A stretch of 64,000 nt of DNA from Moniliella sp. 'wahieum' (GCA_003971905.1 RSEE01000036.1:124001-188000), one strand, 5' to 3'; shown: positions 1 to 14,885, counted from the first letter of the stretch. The notes: generated by a model not told the origin, from the letters alone. A program made the numbers and translations.

Positions 1-562
<562 letters not shown>

Positions 563-2907
563 TCAGGGCCGCACGGGGGCAGTGCTGCCCATCCGGCTTA
601 GCTAACACAAAGCGGTGGTTGAACGTTCAGTACGTTCAGTGGAACTGAACGCCCAGTATCAGTTGGCCTTTCGCCAGCCGGGGGATTCCGGGCTGCAGTG
701 GCTGAGCTCAGCCGTCGCGCCGCGCGCCTGGACAAGCCAGGTGTGGAGCAGGCCGGCGGCCAGCTGGGACGCTTCGGACGTCGAGCTGACGAGAGCCCCC
801 CCATCAACCGTTCCCCAGCCCCACTTCTGTCATACTCGTCGTTCCGGCGCACCACATTGCCCTTGCCCGCATCCTCTCCATCGCCACAGCCATCCAAGGG
901 ACACACTGCGACGCAGCCGCTCCTCGAACGAGATGTGTGCGAGGGGGATGGAGTGAACGCGGGGCAATAATTAGGACCACTGCAAAAATGACACATCGGA
1001 TTGATGGTGCGTCTACAGCTCGGAACACAATACCAGACTCATGACGCATGACCACAGCAAGGGTGTCACCGGTCACCACGGGTCTTGCGTATGCTGTTTC
1101 GTTGGGCTACTCGTCGACCTCACTTGGCACCCTGCGGCATGCGGCATGCGAAAAACATGAAGAGATTCCACCGTTGTATATAAAAGTGAAGAGGTTCTTC
1201 CATGGTTAATTATGGCAAGTGTTCGCGGGCCCCTTTCTTCCGCCGTATACTAGGCAACAGTACTGCGTATACCTCCAACCACAGCATCCATTCCGATTAC
1301 ACACCAGACTAACTATATTCAAAGTAACCTGCTTCTTAACCCATCACATGTCACTGACTCTTGCGGCCACAAACCCCACTGGGAAACGGAAGTTTTCATC
1401 CCGTTCTGTGGCCCAGGCGCAAAGGGCTGTGATTATCCCTCACGTCTCGGTCCCCTCTCTTTCTTCTCTCCCTGCTGCACTCAAAGCTGGACTCGCATCA
1501 GGAGCATACAGAAGCTAGCTCAGACTGTTTCCCATCCTCCTTTTGCACAGTGCAATTGTCCCCTTAGCTTGGAAAGCAATAGCTATCCTCTCAGTTAACG
1601 GGCAGCCGCGTTCAGAGCCCTCATTGGCGTGACCGACTCCTTGCTCTCTCACCCATTGATCGCTTGGTCAAGTGCCTTGCCCGGCTAGCCCCGTTCTTTC
1701 AGACTATTGTGGGATGTTTGGCCACCGGGTCGCTTGTGCTTTGGCCAGCGTCCCTTGAGTTCCTTCTCATCAGGCCTAGGAGTTCTGTTGTCTTCTCTCT
1801 CATGTTTGTCCTTGTTCCGCAGCTTAGCCCTGGTGGCGACTCGCTGCTCGATGTTCCTCTGTTAGTAGCCGTGGCTGATTGGCTTAGACCCACCACCACC
1901 AGTGCGATTGCATCACCATCGAGGACCATCCGGACTCCAGGTCTCATCATGGAAGGCCGGCAACAAGGGAGGGGGGGAGGAGGAGGAATGGTGTGATGCA
2001 ATTAGGGGAAGGCAGCCAGGAGGTGCAACAGAGGCGGAACCAGGCCGCCTCGCCCACCTAGGGCTAAGGACACTCGCGCTCGCAACGCACCACACAGTTG
2101 GAGCCAACACTAATACTGATTCGTGCGTCTCCTTAGGCCTGATTGCTCACCGGGTCTTGAAGCTTGAAGCTTGAATCTTGAAGGGCACAGTTTGCAACAT
2201 GCATGCCCATGGACGCTGTAGGGACAGTTGTTGCCGTTCGTTTGATATGGCCATGGGGTCTGGAGCCTGAGGTCCGCTCAGTGGTGGGAACAGGGGGACA
2301 GGGCAAGCCACCTTGAAGCTTGAAGCTGCAAGCTGGAAGCTTCAAGTTTATGTATGTAGCAGCCAACGCGATCGTAGTCATCATCACGCGTCGCGCGTCA
2401 CAGTGCCAGAAGCTGGGACTGGCTTGGGCGGGGGGCTGCTGAGCGCGCGGCTAAACACGTTAATAAAGCGGGCGCCCGACACAGCGCCACCCACTGCCAC
2501 CGTGGACTTCGGGGTCCGATCTACGCCTTGCGCCCCGACCTGCCCGGACCCTATCCGCGCCTTCCGCCGTTTCCTCGCGCCGTTTACCCCGAGCGAAAAA
2601 GGTGGTCCGACAAGCAGCTTGGGCCGGACAGCCTGGAAGAGCTGCAAGCTGCAAGCTGGACTAGCTTGACTCAGCAATTGCAAGCAGCCTCACGTCTAAC
2701 CCTAGGGCCCCATCGATCATGCATCGTTATGCATTGCGCAAGCTTGATGATCGATCTGATCATCCATCCGCACCTTCCTCTTCCTCCCTTCTCCCTCGCT
2801 CCTTGCCGCCGGCCACCGCTCTTTCTTCACCACTATCCAGTGCAGTGGTTCAAGCTTCACCGCCGCCACTATCTCTCCGCCACCTTCTCCATACGAAATA
2901 GCGAAGC

Positions 2908-3816
2908 ATGTCGACCACCATGCTCCCTAACCCAGACCCCACGGGAGATGACGCAGGCAAGTGGCGTCTGCGCCTCCGCAAGCGTCCGTCGTGGGGCAGC
3001 ACCACCCGCCTAGGCCGCTTTCTCACCAAGGCCAAGAGTGCCTCCTCACTTCACACTGCTTTCCACACCCAGGTACCTCCGGTACCTGCGTTGCCCACCG
3101 GTATCGCTGCCCAAGACTCTGCTTCTGGGAGTGTCCCCACCGACAGCTTCTCCGCCCCATCACGGGACCAATTTGCGCCTCTGATCGAATCGCGTGCGCC
3201 TCTGATCGAATCGCGTGCGCCTCCCCCTGATCCGGCCATGCTTTCCCCTGCTCTGGAGCAAAAGGGTTCCGACAAACGCAGGTCCGCTCTGCCGCGCATG
3301 AGGATGCTCAAGCGCCGTACATCCATCCCCACTTCATCCACTTCGCCCCCTCCTCCGGGAACGGAGGAAAAGGCGGAGCAAGCAGCAAAACCGGAGGTTG
3401 CTCCGTCCGCAGCGGCCAATCCGACCTATGTTTCCGGCCCTGGTCCTGCTCCTGCATCGGATTTGGGCGAGGCAGATCAAGAGGTGGTAGAGGAAGGGCG
3501 AGCGTCTATCGCGGCCAGCCGGGGTGGGCTGGGGAGCACGGCGTCGCTTGTGCCTCCAAAAGACTCACCATTGACCAGCAGTCCGTCGCTGCGACCGCCT
3601 TCTCTGCGGAGCACTCCGACGGAGCGCGAGCACCGCGATGTGGGGCAAGGTGCCCAGTGTCACACACGTACCGCCCATGAGTCTGGGTGCTCAGGCAGCA
3701 GCCTCGCGCATAGGCGGGGGGCTAAGGCAAACGCGCTCGACCGAGCGGGTGGGTGTTACCCCGGGCGCCAGGGCCGGCCCGCGCCACGCAGAACAACCGG
3801 CTTGGCGCAAACGTGA
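2908..3816 (+). CDS. Hypothetical Ser/Pro-rich disordered protein; 3' end uncertain (probable frameshift near 3630)
   Basis: 302-aa ATG-initiated ORF after a pyrimidine-rich leader; no recognisable domain. Confidence 0.5.
   Translation: MSTTMLPNPDPTGDDAGKWRLRLRKRPSWGSTTRLGRFLTKAKSASSLHTAFHTQVPPVPALPTGIAAQDSASGSVPTDSFSAPSRDQFAPLIESRAPLIESRAPPPDPAMLSPALEQKGSDKRRSALPRMRMLKRRTSIPTSSTSPPPPGTEEKAEQAAKPEVAPSAAANPTYVSGPGPAPASDLGEADQEVVEEGRASIAASRGGLGSTASLVPPKDSPLTSSPSLRPPSLRSTPTEREHRDVGQGAQCHTRTAHESGCSGSSLAHRRGAKANALDRAGGCYPGRQGRPAPRRTTGLAQT
3175..3222 (+). repeat. 21-bp tandem duplication (APLIESR x2) within the CDS
   Basis: gcgcctctgatcgaatcgcgt repeated twice. Confidence 0.85.
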
Positions 3817-5114
3817 TCGCAGCGCCAGCCGTACCGCTGTCGACGCGGTGGCCCCGGATGAGTTTAACTTTGCGGCGGGCCGGGCACCTCGTACGAGCGC
3901 GCGCGCGCCCGCGCACGCTCTTGCCCCCGCCTCCAGCGGAATAGCGCGGCAGGGCGGTGGGGGGTATGCTTGGACGTGGCTACTAGCGTGCGACAGGTGC
4001 GCTGGTGGTTCTGCTAATGATGAAGACATGTGTAATGAAGAGAACAATGTGCTCCTGGGCGCTGGGATGCAACATGAGAGTGCGGGAGGAGGGGCTGGCA
4101 GGTAGGCGGGCATATGTGCGACGCTGCGGCTGAGATGGGGGGGGCGGGAACACCCGCGGTGACTAGCGTCATGCGTTGAGGAGTGGGTGATGCATGATGC
4201 GCTGCACAACGCATGGTGGCGCGCGAGGGGCGAGGGTGGGTTGGCAGGTGCGGGTGCTGGCTGCCAGCTGCCTGGCGGCCCGGTGGCAGACTGCGGCAGC
4301 TCCGGGAGACGCGGAAGACGGTGTGGGACAGGTGACGGGCGGGTGATGATCGGTGATGGTGTGGCGCCACAGGATCCGCGCCAGGGCACGGGGGCACACG
4401 GGTGCGTGGGCGATGTGGTGCAGACGCATGCTGCCAGGGCGGGCTGGTGCGGGCTGGTGCGGGCTGGCGCGGGCCGGGGGGGCCGTGGCCTGCCGTGGCT
4501 CCGATGATGAGGGCAGCGCGCCTCCTGGCAGCAGTGGAATGCGAGCTGCCAGGCCGCGCGACCGCGCTGGGTGGGGGGCAGAGTGGCGCGGTGCCACCCG
4601 CCCCGCCAGCCGGCCAGCGTCCGACGCAGTCACCTGCAGCCCGCACGGGGCGACTGCGCAGGAAGGTGGCCGTGGACCAGTGAGAACCACGCGACGGATG
4701 AGGATGCTCGACGCGGACAACTGGGGGGGGTGCGGGCACTGGACCTGTGTGGGGGGCAGAGGCGACGACAGCCATGCCAAGGCGAGGTGGCTGCGGGCTG
4801 GTTGCTGGTTGCGATATGCAAGTGAAGTTTCGGGCGTTGAACGTTGACTGACAGAGTCAAGCGACGAGTGTGCAGGCCCTGGCTGCAGCCGGCAGGCTGC
4901 CAGTGACGCACTGGGGAGCATCACGCGTGCCCAGGCGGCGGGCTACAGGCAACGCAACGCAACCACTGCCGCCTGCTGCGGTTGAGCTTGGGTTAGCGCT
5001 TTGCCTCGGCGCTTAGCATAGCCTAGCCTGCTTAGCTTAGCTGCGTTGTGCATGTGGTGCCCCCCTCCTATCCACCTCCCACCCGCCCTCCCAGCCCCCC
5101 GCCATCTCCTCCCC

Positions 5115-8100
5115 ATGCCGTCCTGGTTCCGGCGCAAGGCCAGCACGCCGCCCCCGCCCCGCCCCGCCGTGCTGGGCCGTCTGGACGACGCGGAAGAGGT
5201 CTGGGCCGGCGCCCCGCCCCTCCCCGACGGCTCCCGCCCCGACTACAACGGCCTCGGCGACATGCAGCGTGCCCAGCTCGAAGCCCAGCGCGCCGCCCAG
5301 CAGCTCTTCCTCCAGCAGCAGCGCCAGGCCCAGGAAGCATTTGAGCGCCAGCAGCAGCTTGCTCTCCAGCAGTTTGCCCAGCAGCAGGCCCAGCTCCAGC
5401 TCCAGTTTGAGCAGCACCAGGCCCAGTTCCGCCACCTCACCCCGCCTCTCCGCCCCTCTCCCCCTCCCCATCCGCCGCCGCCCGCTCGCCCTCCATCGCG
5501 CTCGCCTATGCCCATGTCCTCCTCCGCGTCTCTCTCGGCCCCGCCACTGCCCGCTGCGCCAACGCCCCGTCGCAGCCCCCAGCCTGCACACCCGCCCAGT
5601 GCTCGTTCTCGCTCCCGTCCGCGCATGCGGCGCCAGGACAGCCAGGGCAGCCTGCGCGACTTGGTTCAGTCCGTTGGTGAGGTCGCCGAGCGTGCAATTG
5701 AGGGGCTTGCTGCCGTTGGTCGCCGCGCCTCGATCGACATCAATCGTTCTGATAACCGCGCGGTGAGCCCCAGTGCCTCATCCCCACGGCCCCGGGCCCC
5801 ATCTTCCTCAACCGCTAGCACCGCCGAACGTCTCGCCCCTCCTTCACCGCAACCTCATCCCCTCTCTCGTCTTGCTCGCGCCGCCCGCAGTGCGACTGAC
5901 ATTCGTTTGAATGCCCACACTCTCAGTCCTTCTTCCATTCCCTCTCAGTCTGCCCGTCTTTCTCCCTCCTCCCCCAGCATGCGAAGCGGTCTGTCTACCC
6001 CGAGCAAGGTCTGCCACTTCGGCGTCGGCGTCGGCCGACAACCTCCCTTCTGCGGGCGCCCTGCCTGGTGCGGCGAGCCCCCCCTTCAGCCCGGCGTGTG
6101 GTCGCCTCAGCCTCACGCACCGCACGGACAAGTTTCGAGAGTCTGCGCAAGCTCGGACGCAAGGCCTCCTTCACTCGCTCGGTAGCATCGTCGGTCACAT
6201 CGCCCCCGCCGCGTTCGCTGGCTCCGTCTACCGGTGATGATCCTTGGGGTGACCCCTTTGCCGAATCGCCTTCTCCTTCGACCTTCAATCCTGATCATAC
6301 GCAGGCCCCTCATCGTTCCCGCCCTTCCACCGCTACCAGTACCTCCACTGCCTCCACTCGTCTGCTTCCTCTTGTTGTCCCTGCCGTCTCGCCGCAACAA
6401 GAGAAACCATCGCGATCATCGACTGCCAACACGTCCATTAGCTCCTCTATGCATCTTCTCCCACGATGGGCGGGCACACGAGCCAGCCCTCAACCGAATC
6501 TAGGCCTGCCCCTCCTCTGCCCCGGGTTCCGTCGACGGCTCCAGTCTGAACGGATGGACCCCCTCAGGCAGCACAAGTCACCTCCAGCGAACAACTGCAG
6601 GCTCGAAGGGAGCGAGACCTTCCTCCCCCACCCGCCAGTCCCGGCAGCGCAAGCCTCAAATCCCGACCCCCGCATGGCCTGGGCATTTCAGGCCTCGAAT
6701 CGCCTAGTACGACACCGACGTTACTCCATCGTGGGTTGGACCCTTCGCCTTCGACTTCTACTACCCACCTTTACTCTCACGACCCAAGGAGACCCCCACA
6801 ACTCGTCTCTCTCGTTTGGCTGAGAGTATGGCTTCCCCACTCACTGGCCCCGAGAGCAAAACCCCTGTTGGGTCTCCTGGCTTGCCGCCCCGCTCTCCTT
6901 GAGTGATGAGGAGGACCCGCTCGCGGGATTGATGGATGCGTACGATCTCGACGCCGCTGAAATAGGTGGAGAAAGCGAAAACGATACCGACGGATATACG
7001 TCGAGTGCTTCCCGCTCCCTCTCGGGCGACCATGAGGCTACTGTGGTAACCGTTACCAGAGCCCCCGTCTTGCCCAATGCCTGGCCCATGCCGCCGCTGA
7101 CGCTGCCTTCCCAACCACCGTCTGATGAGCATCTCAGTCTTGCCTTGCCGGACGAGCAGAGGACCCGGACCTCTCCCCCCCGCCCACAGGGAAGAGCGGA
7201 ACGACTCTGCGCGCCTTTACGCCACCTACTCCGACGGCACGGAGGGTAAGCTCGCGGCGCCGCTCCCGCACTAGCTCGGCTCGTTGGTCAGTGGGCTCGG
7301 GGTTGCGCAAACGAGAACGAGGAGCTGGGGGCGACGTGCCCCCCATGCCTTCTACCCCGTTAACACTCATACGCCGGGCCGACCACAGTCGCCCGTGGAA
7401 AAGCTACCTCTCCCCAATTTGGGGGGGAGTGCTACTCTTGCTCCTCTTCCCTCCCCTACTACGCATGCGCCTTCATGGGACGAGGGGGCTGGCACTGACG
7501 AAAAGAGGGTACTGGGTAAACAAGTGGATTCGCATACCATTTCGCCTGCTCGGGAACGTCAATCAATCGAGTCATGCCTCTGGATGGTGTGGGTCCCGTT
7601 CCTCCTTCTCCATGGGCCCACTCACCCAACTCTGCTCGGCTCTCACCCGCTCTGCCCCAAAAGAAGGGTACGGTGAATGCCGCCTCGCTTCCATCCAACT
7701 TGAAGCACCTTGGTACGTTCTCCCTCCATTCCCCTTGCCCTTTGGAGACTGCTGCGGATGTGCTAACCAATCGTCTTCAGCCCACTTTATCTCCGTTGAC
7801 CGAGCCGAGGACCTATTCACCGAGCCTGAGCTCATGGCGAAGGGGAGTGCGGCGACGTGTACTGGCGGAAGAACGGATGGGAACAAAGGGTCAAGTGGCC
7901 ATCAAAGTTGTCCGCCACACCACTTCGGCCGGCAATGGCGTCTGGGCATGGCTGCCGAGTTGGCGCTGTGGCAACGCGCTGGCAGCGACCGTGTGGTGGC
8001 CTTGCGCGGTGTTTACCTTGCCGGTCCCCTGACCCCGAGGGGGCGATCTGGTTGGTTTCAAGAGCTGAGGACCGCAGTGTGGCCGATGTGCTGGCGTCGA

Positions 8101-8678
8101 TTGAGCGTCCGTTACTGGATGCTGAGGTGGCACGGATTGTGGCGGATGCGTCGATTGCCTTATCCTTCCTCCATGCGCAGGGCATTGTGCACTGTGACTT
8201 TCGTTCGGACAATCTCCTGCTTGCCGCCACGGGCATCACCAAGCTGACCGACTTTACCCATGCTGCCCACCTGTCGTCCCGAGAATGGCGGACCAGCGTG
8301 GTCGGCACCCCATTTTGGATGGCGCCCGAGGTGATCGCCGCCAAACCGTACCGGTTCAAAGCGGACATTTGGTCGCTGGGCGCTGTGCTGTGGGAACTGA
8401 GCGAGGGAACGCCGCCGTACATTGACCTACCGCCGCGCGAGGCGGTGGGCAAGATTGCCCAGCTCGGCTTGCCCGACCTGCAGCCTACTACCCACGTGTC
8501 GGAGGAGTTGCGCACGCTGCTCGCCGCCTGTACCCACCTCGACCCCGACCAGCGTCCGACGGCAGACCAAGTATCTGCCCATCCGTTCGTAGCCCTGGCA
8601 GCGTCGTATCCGGAGATGGCCCACCTCCTTGATCTTGTGCATGAGGTGGAGCAGCAGGCTGAGTCGGAGGATGAGTAA
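5115..8678 (+). CDS. Ste20/PAK-like Ser/Thr kinase with long Q/P/S-rich N-terminus (frameshifted in this assembly)
   Basis: Intron 7713-7780 (GTACGT..CTAAC..CAG); GECGDVY, VAIKVV, HCDFRSDNLLL, LTDFTHAA, VVGTPFWMAPEVI, DIWSLG. Linkage of the N-terminal ORFs (5115-7700) to the kinase domain is inferred. Confidence 0.8.
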
Positions 8679-9814
8679 ATGCACTGCTGGACTACGATCG
8701 GTGTGGAGCCAAGAGTGGGCCCGGGGAGGATGGGGGTGGGGCCGGTAGGTTGCAGCTGAGCCTCAGCCGAACAGGGAAGAGGGGCGGACCTTGTCGCAGC
8801 TCCAATTCTGGGCCATTCAAAAAGCAGCATGACAAGCCACTGCACGGCTATGTGACCAACCGCAAGCGCGGCTCAAAACGACTCGGCCTGGCAGCCAGTC
8901 GACCGAGGCAGCCTCCAATCCATCACTCGGTCCGGTGACCCAAGCGACCATCATCCCCAAACACCCCTCGTTGGTGGAACGATGGAAAAAAGGATCGAGG
9001 CCCGATTCTTCCCATCCGCATAGCTCCCATCAACTCGGTTCCCCACCGACTCGTGTGGGATCCGATTGTCAGACAAGCTCAGGCCGTGAAGCGGCACCAG
9101 GCCATGAAGCCCGCTTTGAGCCTGTTGGGGCCACAGCAATGGATATGTGAAGAAGATCGTTCCTACTGTCGTCCACCTTCCGGTCGGTGTACATGTATGG
9201 TCTTGGACAAACCGCTCGGGCAGGGTCCACTGTGTGTAGGCTGTATATGCCCTGCCACCCACTGTTTGCAAACTCGTAGGGACCAGTGCGGTCGTTATTG
9301 GGCCAGGATGGCAGGAAACAGGGGCATCGGGGATCGACCGTTTGCGCAAACGAGAGGAACGAGAGACAATTAAGAACGCCTAAGGGTGGCAGGAACGATC
9401 GCCACAGATTGTCGATTAACGCCCGTGAAGCTTGAAGCTTGAGGCGGATCCTCTGGGGTGGTGAGTTGAAGCGCGTGTGGGAGAGGTAGGCGGCTTTGAT
9501 GAAGAAGCGCAGATATACCATATTGGGATCCGTCACGTGACAGGCCACTCTTACTCAGTCTTGTGCGAGTCCTCTTCAGTATGGGGATTGTGGGGTTTTC
9601 CCCCAAACAGGGCAGCGCACTCACACTTACGAAAGGTGACCAGTGACCCGTGACGCATGACTAGTATGTATGGCTCGTGCCGAACTGTCACCAGCTCCTC
9701 TCGGAGGCAAGGTTATCGCTTGAAGCTTGAAGCGACAGACTCCTGGCCGTCTGGTTGAGCTTCCCCCTCAACGTCTCCACAACAGCCAACCACCAACCTT
9801 CGCAACTAGCCGGC

Positions 9815-11160
9815 ATGGGCGTCGAGGTCGTACAACAGACTACATCCTGGCTTCGCGCCATGGTTTGCTGGGCCTTGATCCGACTCTTCAGTGGACTGGC
9901 TCGAGGCAGGACACCTTGGTCCAGTAGTGCCGCGCCTCATGACGCAGCTCGAACGATGCCCTCGCACTTGGAGGATCACTACCATGTGCACATTGGCCAT
10001 CTGGTGCTAGAGGATGAGGCCAACATCTTATCTCCCCCTCCTGCTCTGCCGCCACCACCTTCTACTGCCCGCCCGGGCCCTGCAGACGAGTGGACAAAGG
10101 CGCGCAGCGCCTGGCTGGCGCCATTGGCCATCTCCCGCACCCATCTCCCCACCACCCCTCCTCTACCGAAGAAGCCTCCCAGATATCGGTGCCAAGGCGG
10201 GTATCTCCCGATCGGGAGCTAAGCGGGTTGTTCTCTTTTTCCATGGTGGCGGATTCGTCTCGCCCATGAGTGCATTCCACTGGAAGTTTGCTTCTCGCCT
10301 GGCGGTCCAACTGGATGCGTATGTCGTTGTCCAGACATACACACTCTTGCCATGGGGTGGGATTTGGGATGTGCTCCCTCCGCTTCTTATCGTGTATCGT
10401 GAGCTGCAGAAAGCTGCCACTGAGCTCGGGCTCGAGTTTATCGTGTTGGGTGACAGGTCAGTGCTCAACGGCCCATTGCAGCTCTTCATTTCGTACTGAC
10501 ATTTTCCTGATTCGATTGTAGTGCGGGTGGGAGCTTAGCAGCTGCACTCGTCCTAGCTGCTCGCACGCCGGTCTACCCGCTCCCGGGCAACTGGTATTGG
10601 TTGCGCCTGGGCTGGAGTCAGTCTTACCCGTGGCGGAAGTCAAGGCGGCGGAGAAGCAGTGCGCTGTCCTAACGGCTTCAGGCATGGTGATCAGTCGGCG
10701 GCACTGGGCGATTGGCGCAACGGACCCCGAAACATTTGTGCATGAGATTGTCCAGAGCGCGCCTCGCGCTTCAACGTCGGAGGAAGAGCAGGCAGCGTTG
10801 CATCCTTATGCCAGTCCATTGCGGGGGGATTGGACGTGGCTCAGCCACGCCCCCGCGGGAGGAAAGAAGACAAAGCTGACCCTGGTGAGCGGGATGTGGG
10901 ACTTATCGTATCCGCTGTCTGTGGCACCATTCGTGCAAAAGCTCCAGTCGCTGGGCCATGAGGTGGAAGCAACCTTCATCCTGTCCCCATACTCGATCCA
11001 TGATTACCCCATCTTTGTGGATACTGCCCTGCCTCTCTTTGTTGGCGCTGAAGGGTCTGAACCTACTCGTGTCAAGTGTGCTGGCTTATGGGGATCATTG
11101 ACGAATCTTTCTGAATGTCAAATGGCAACGGATAACATGAACATGGTCAAAGCGGATTAG
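9815..11160 (+). CDS. Alpha/beta hydrolase (HSL-family esterase/lipase)
   Basis: FFHGGGF oxyanion motif; GDSAGG nucleophile rebuilt by removing intron 10457-10521 (GTCAGT..CTGAC..TAG); SIHDYP catalytic His region; 3' end uncertain. Confidence 0.85.
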
Positions 11161-11641
11161 ATATGAGATCTGAGATGAGAAGCCGTCTGGCGGGTGGGGT
11201 CTTTGAGGCCGTTGAGGGCAAGCCTGCGCAACCAACCACAAAGGAAAGGGCAATCGACCTGACCGACCTGGCCTCGCACTGGCCACTACTGGGCATAAAT
11301 AGACCCTCAATCGCTCAACGTTGTTCGACGTTCAACGTTCACATGAACGGGCGAGGTCCAGAGTGAAATATTGTCTGCCATCGGTGCAATGATAGCCTGT
11401 GGAAAAACGGAGGCGGAAACTGGCTTATATTTTTTTGTCGCGATGATCGACTCGCGACCACTTCCACCGACAGACCCCCTCCAGCCCAGGCTCGCCGATG
11501 GCCAAGAGTCGAAAGAGCGGCGGTCTCCAGGCGGGGGACCTCTCCAATTCTGTTCCATCCAACGCTACCGATGCACATCCACCCGCCGCAATCCCGCTCT
11601 CAGATAAGAACGCGGTAACACCCTCCCCTTTTCCTGCTAAG

Positions 11642-14600
11642 ATGGCACGCGACAGGCCCGACCGAAAGCGGAACCAAGAGCCTGGTCACAAGCACAAGAA
11701 GGAGGGAAAGACCCACTTCCGTCCCATACGCCCAAGAGTAATAAGAGCAAGGACAAAAAGAACCCGTCGGTATCGTCGAAGGCGCCAGATGGCATGCTTC
11801 CATCCATCCCACTAACACCCGGACAGGTGTCTCGTATGGCACCAGTGTGGAGCCACGATGGGTCGCTGTTGTTTTTCCCTCGTTCTTCCGGTGTCCGTAT
11901 TGTTGTTCGTTCCACCAACCGTTCCGCGGGAGTTTTGCCTGTGCCCATCTCTTCAGGCACGGTTGTTGCGGTCGCTCTTCATCCAAGCAACACGGCCCGT
12001 CTCCTAGCTCTAACATCCAAGTTTACCCTCCTCGAGTTTGATTACCTGGACCCGCAACTGCTACGCACATCCGATATCCTTTCTGCCACCCAGGATGCTT
12101 TGGTTGTTGCCCTCCTTCCAGCTATGATCTCGCCCAATGACGATGGCGTGGAAGCTCCGCATGCGTTTGTCGCAGCTTCAGACGGTCGTATTTTGGCGGT
12201 GGACATGAGCGTGGGGGGGCGCAAGCCGTACCCAGTGACGGATCTCGTCCACCTGCCTGACGCGATCAAGGCGGTTAGTATCTCGTCGGATAACCAAGTC
12301 CTGTATCGCCGCAGGATTGCAGGGCTACTTGGCCAAAACGAGGGCCGCACTGGCTTCGGCCAAAGGACAAAGCACCCCTCGTACCTGGGTTAAGATTCCC
12401 ACCAAGTACCCTATTACGGCCCTTGCCGTTCCCTCAGTCACCGACACGCTAGCAACTGGCGATACCAATGGTATGGTTCGTCTCTGGCCTGGCCTCTTGG
12501 CTTCTAGTGGCTTTGATCGCTTGATCCAGCAAGCCAAGCAACCGCCCAAGCGGAATGGCGTGGCTCAGGTCGGCACGTACGTTGCTAGCACAGCTATGCA
12601 CTGGCATCCGCACCCTGTTCGCGCCCTGTCTTTTGCCGACGGGACGCAGTTGTGCTTTCAGGAGGTGACGAGTCGGCGCTGGTCGTATGGCAGATTGGAG
12701 TTTCGGCAGGCGGGGAGGCAATGAGACCAAGAAGGAATTTGCACCTCGTTTGCCGGCTTTCATCACTGCCATTGCGCCCGTCCCACCTATGCCCATCTTG
12801 GGTGCAGGGCCAAACCAGCAGTGGCTGGGACGACGCGGCGGACACCTACTCAGACGGAGTCGATGGGATTCTACTGTGACCTGTTCTGGGTCAACCGCGG
12901 TGCTCAATGCATCGACGCTGCGTATGGACCAGATTTATGCCCCCGAGGGTGCCCGGGCTGTCGACCCGGCTTTGGCTTCAAATCAGCCGACCGCGTCCTT
13001 GGGCGTACCCCTGGCCGTTTCAGGGAATTTGGCTCTTCTTCCTGGCCTCGGCCGGCCAGTGTCCAAATCGTTGACCCGGGTTTGGATCAGCACCTTCTTA
13101 CCCTCGAAACTGCTCCAGACAATCGCGTGGGTGCCAAAGACGATATGATGCCCGAACCCGTCCGACCGAGGGTTGCTGCCCTCTCTCTCCCCTCCCCTGC
13201 GGCATTGAACGCAAGCTCTTCGGTGTGGACCAAAGCCTCGTTGCCCCCTTGGCTTGCGACGGTCGAATCCCGCCTCGCTGCAATTCAATCCGATGGGACC
13301 CTAGTGGAACAGGAGCAGGCTTTGGTCTTGTGGCACGCACTGGCCTCAACCCCTGGATACACGCTTGCCTCTCGGATCGAGCGTCCTCATAATGGCACCG
13401 TCACCGCTGCTGCTTTTGCTCCTCCCCCAACCACTCCTGCTACCGACCCGTACCCTCGACTTGCCACGCTTTCGACTGATGGTTCGGTCCGACTATGGTG
13501 CTTGGCGTCCCGCCCTTCGGCGAGGGGCCCGTGCGTTCTTGGCGTCTCGGTGCGGTGTTGAGTTTCCGCAATGCCCAACCCACATCGATGCAATGGGATG
13601 CAAGTGGGGAACTTCTGGCGGTGGGATGGTCGTACGACCCGCGACTGCCCTCTACCTCGGAAGACCAGCCATGGGGTGCAGTCACGTTGATTGATGCGTC
13701 GCCGCAGGCTCTCACTCGGGATCGGCCGGCATCCTTCGTACTTTCCCCTTGGACACGATGGGCTTCAGTCGGTCAGCCATGTGGCCTGGACCTCGTCTAC
13801 GTCCGTGGTACGGACTTTGGTGGCTGCCAGCCCGTTAGCAGTGGCTGTGCTGGATGTGCTAGAGGGCGTGTGCGTTGCCCACGCTTCTGTTGCGGGAAAC
13901 GCCAAGGGACAACAGCGGATTATCAACTTGCTTCCTTCCCCAGGTCCCGCCTCTTCCAACGTGATCGGCCGGATTGTGGTTTGCCAGGAGGGTAGCGAGA
14001 GGAGCACGATGAGCTTGTCTCCCTCTCGCTTGGATCCCGGTCCACGACCAATCGAGCACGCTCAAGATGACCCAAACGGGGTTACTGCCACGCCTGCGTA
14101 CAGTCCTCTCCCTCTGTGTGTCACCTCTGGCGCCTGAGCAGACAAATCAAAGCTGTGACACTGTCCTTCTTGGTCTGACGTCCAATTGGGACGTGTTGGC
14201 CTTTGGCACCAACCCACTCCCTCCCGCCTCGCGTGCTGCACCAGTTTTTGGGCAAAGGACAGCCGTCGTTGTGGGCACAGCTGGTGGGGCCGTCACTGGA
14301 CACGCCCGTTGTTGCCTCATCCCTAGCCTCTTCTCACGCCCGGCCACCGCAGCTCAACCGGCAGCCCATGCCGGCTTGGCCTTGCTACGTCCATTCGACG
14401 CGCCGGCCCACTTGCTGCCCTCGGTCGGTTCTCTTCTGGCCTCGGTACAAAAGGCACTTTTGCCACCCGCGCCGGACGCGGTTGCCACCCCGTGGAACAT
14501 GCCGAGAGAACGACAAGGACGAGGATGGGGATACGGCGTTTACCGATGCGCTGCCCCCCTCCTCCGACGCTCAGGCCACGTCCACCCTTTCCTTCTTCAC

Positions 14601-14885
14601 AGCCCAAGGCCCCTCCTTCTCAACTGCGCTGCCGGGCAAAGTGAGCGCGCCCAGTCCGTCCACATTTCTCTCGGTGCACCCGGCCTGGACCTGCTGACGG
14701 CGGCGTTGGGCGACATTGTGCTGGAGGAGCGGAAGGATGTAGTTGTGCCCGATACGCCGGCAAAGCCACAAGGTAAGCCACAGGCCAAAACGACGCCTTG
14801 CCCGCCCGCGACGCCAGACCTTCCCATCGTTGCGCGGCCAGCCAAATCGAACGCTCGCAACGCAAGGGCCGGCGATGAGTCGTAA
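11642..14885 (+). CDS. UTP17: WD40 U3 snoRNP/t-UTP component Utp17/Nan1 (WDR75), frameshifted
   Basis: LATGDTNGMVRLW, MHWHPHPVRALSF..(L)SGGDESALVVWQ..KEFAPRL, RIERPHNGTVT..LATLSTDGSVRLW, FDAPAHLLPSV. Confidence 0.85.

Noticed and set aside
3900..5040. Many overlapping 100-250-aa ORFs
   Set aside because: Expected in very GC-rich intergenic DNA; no motifs.
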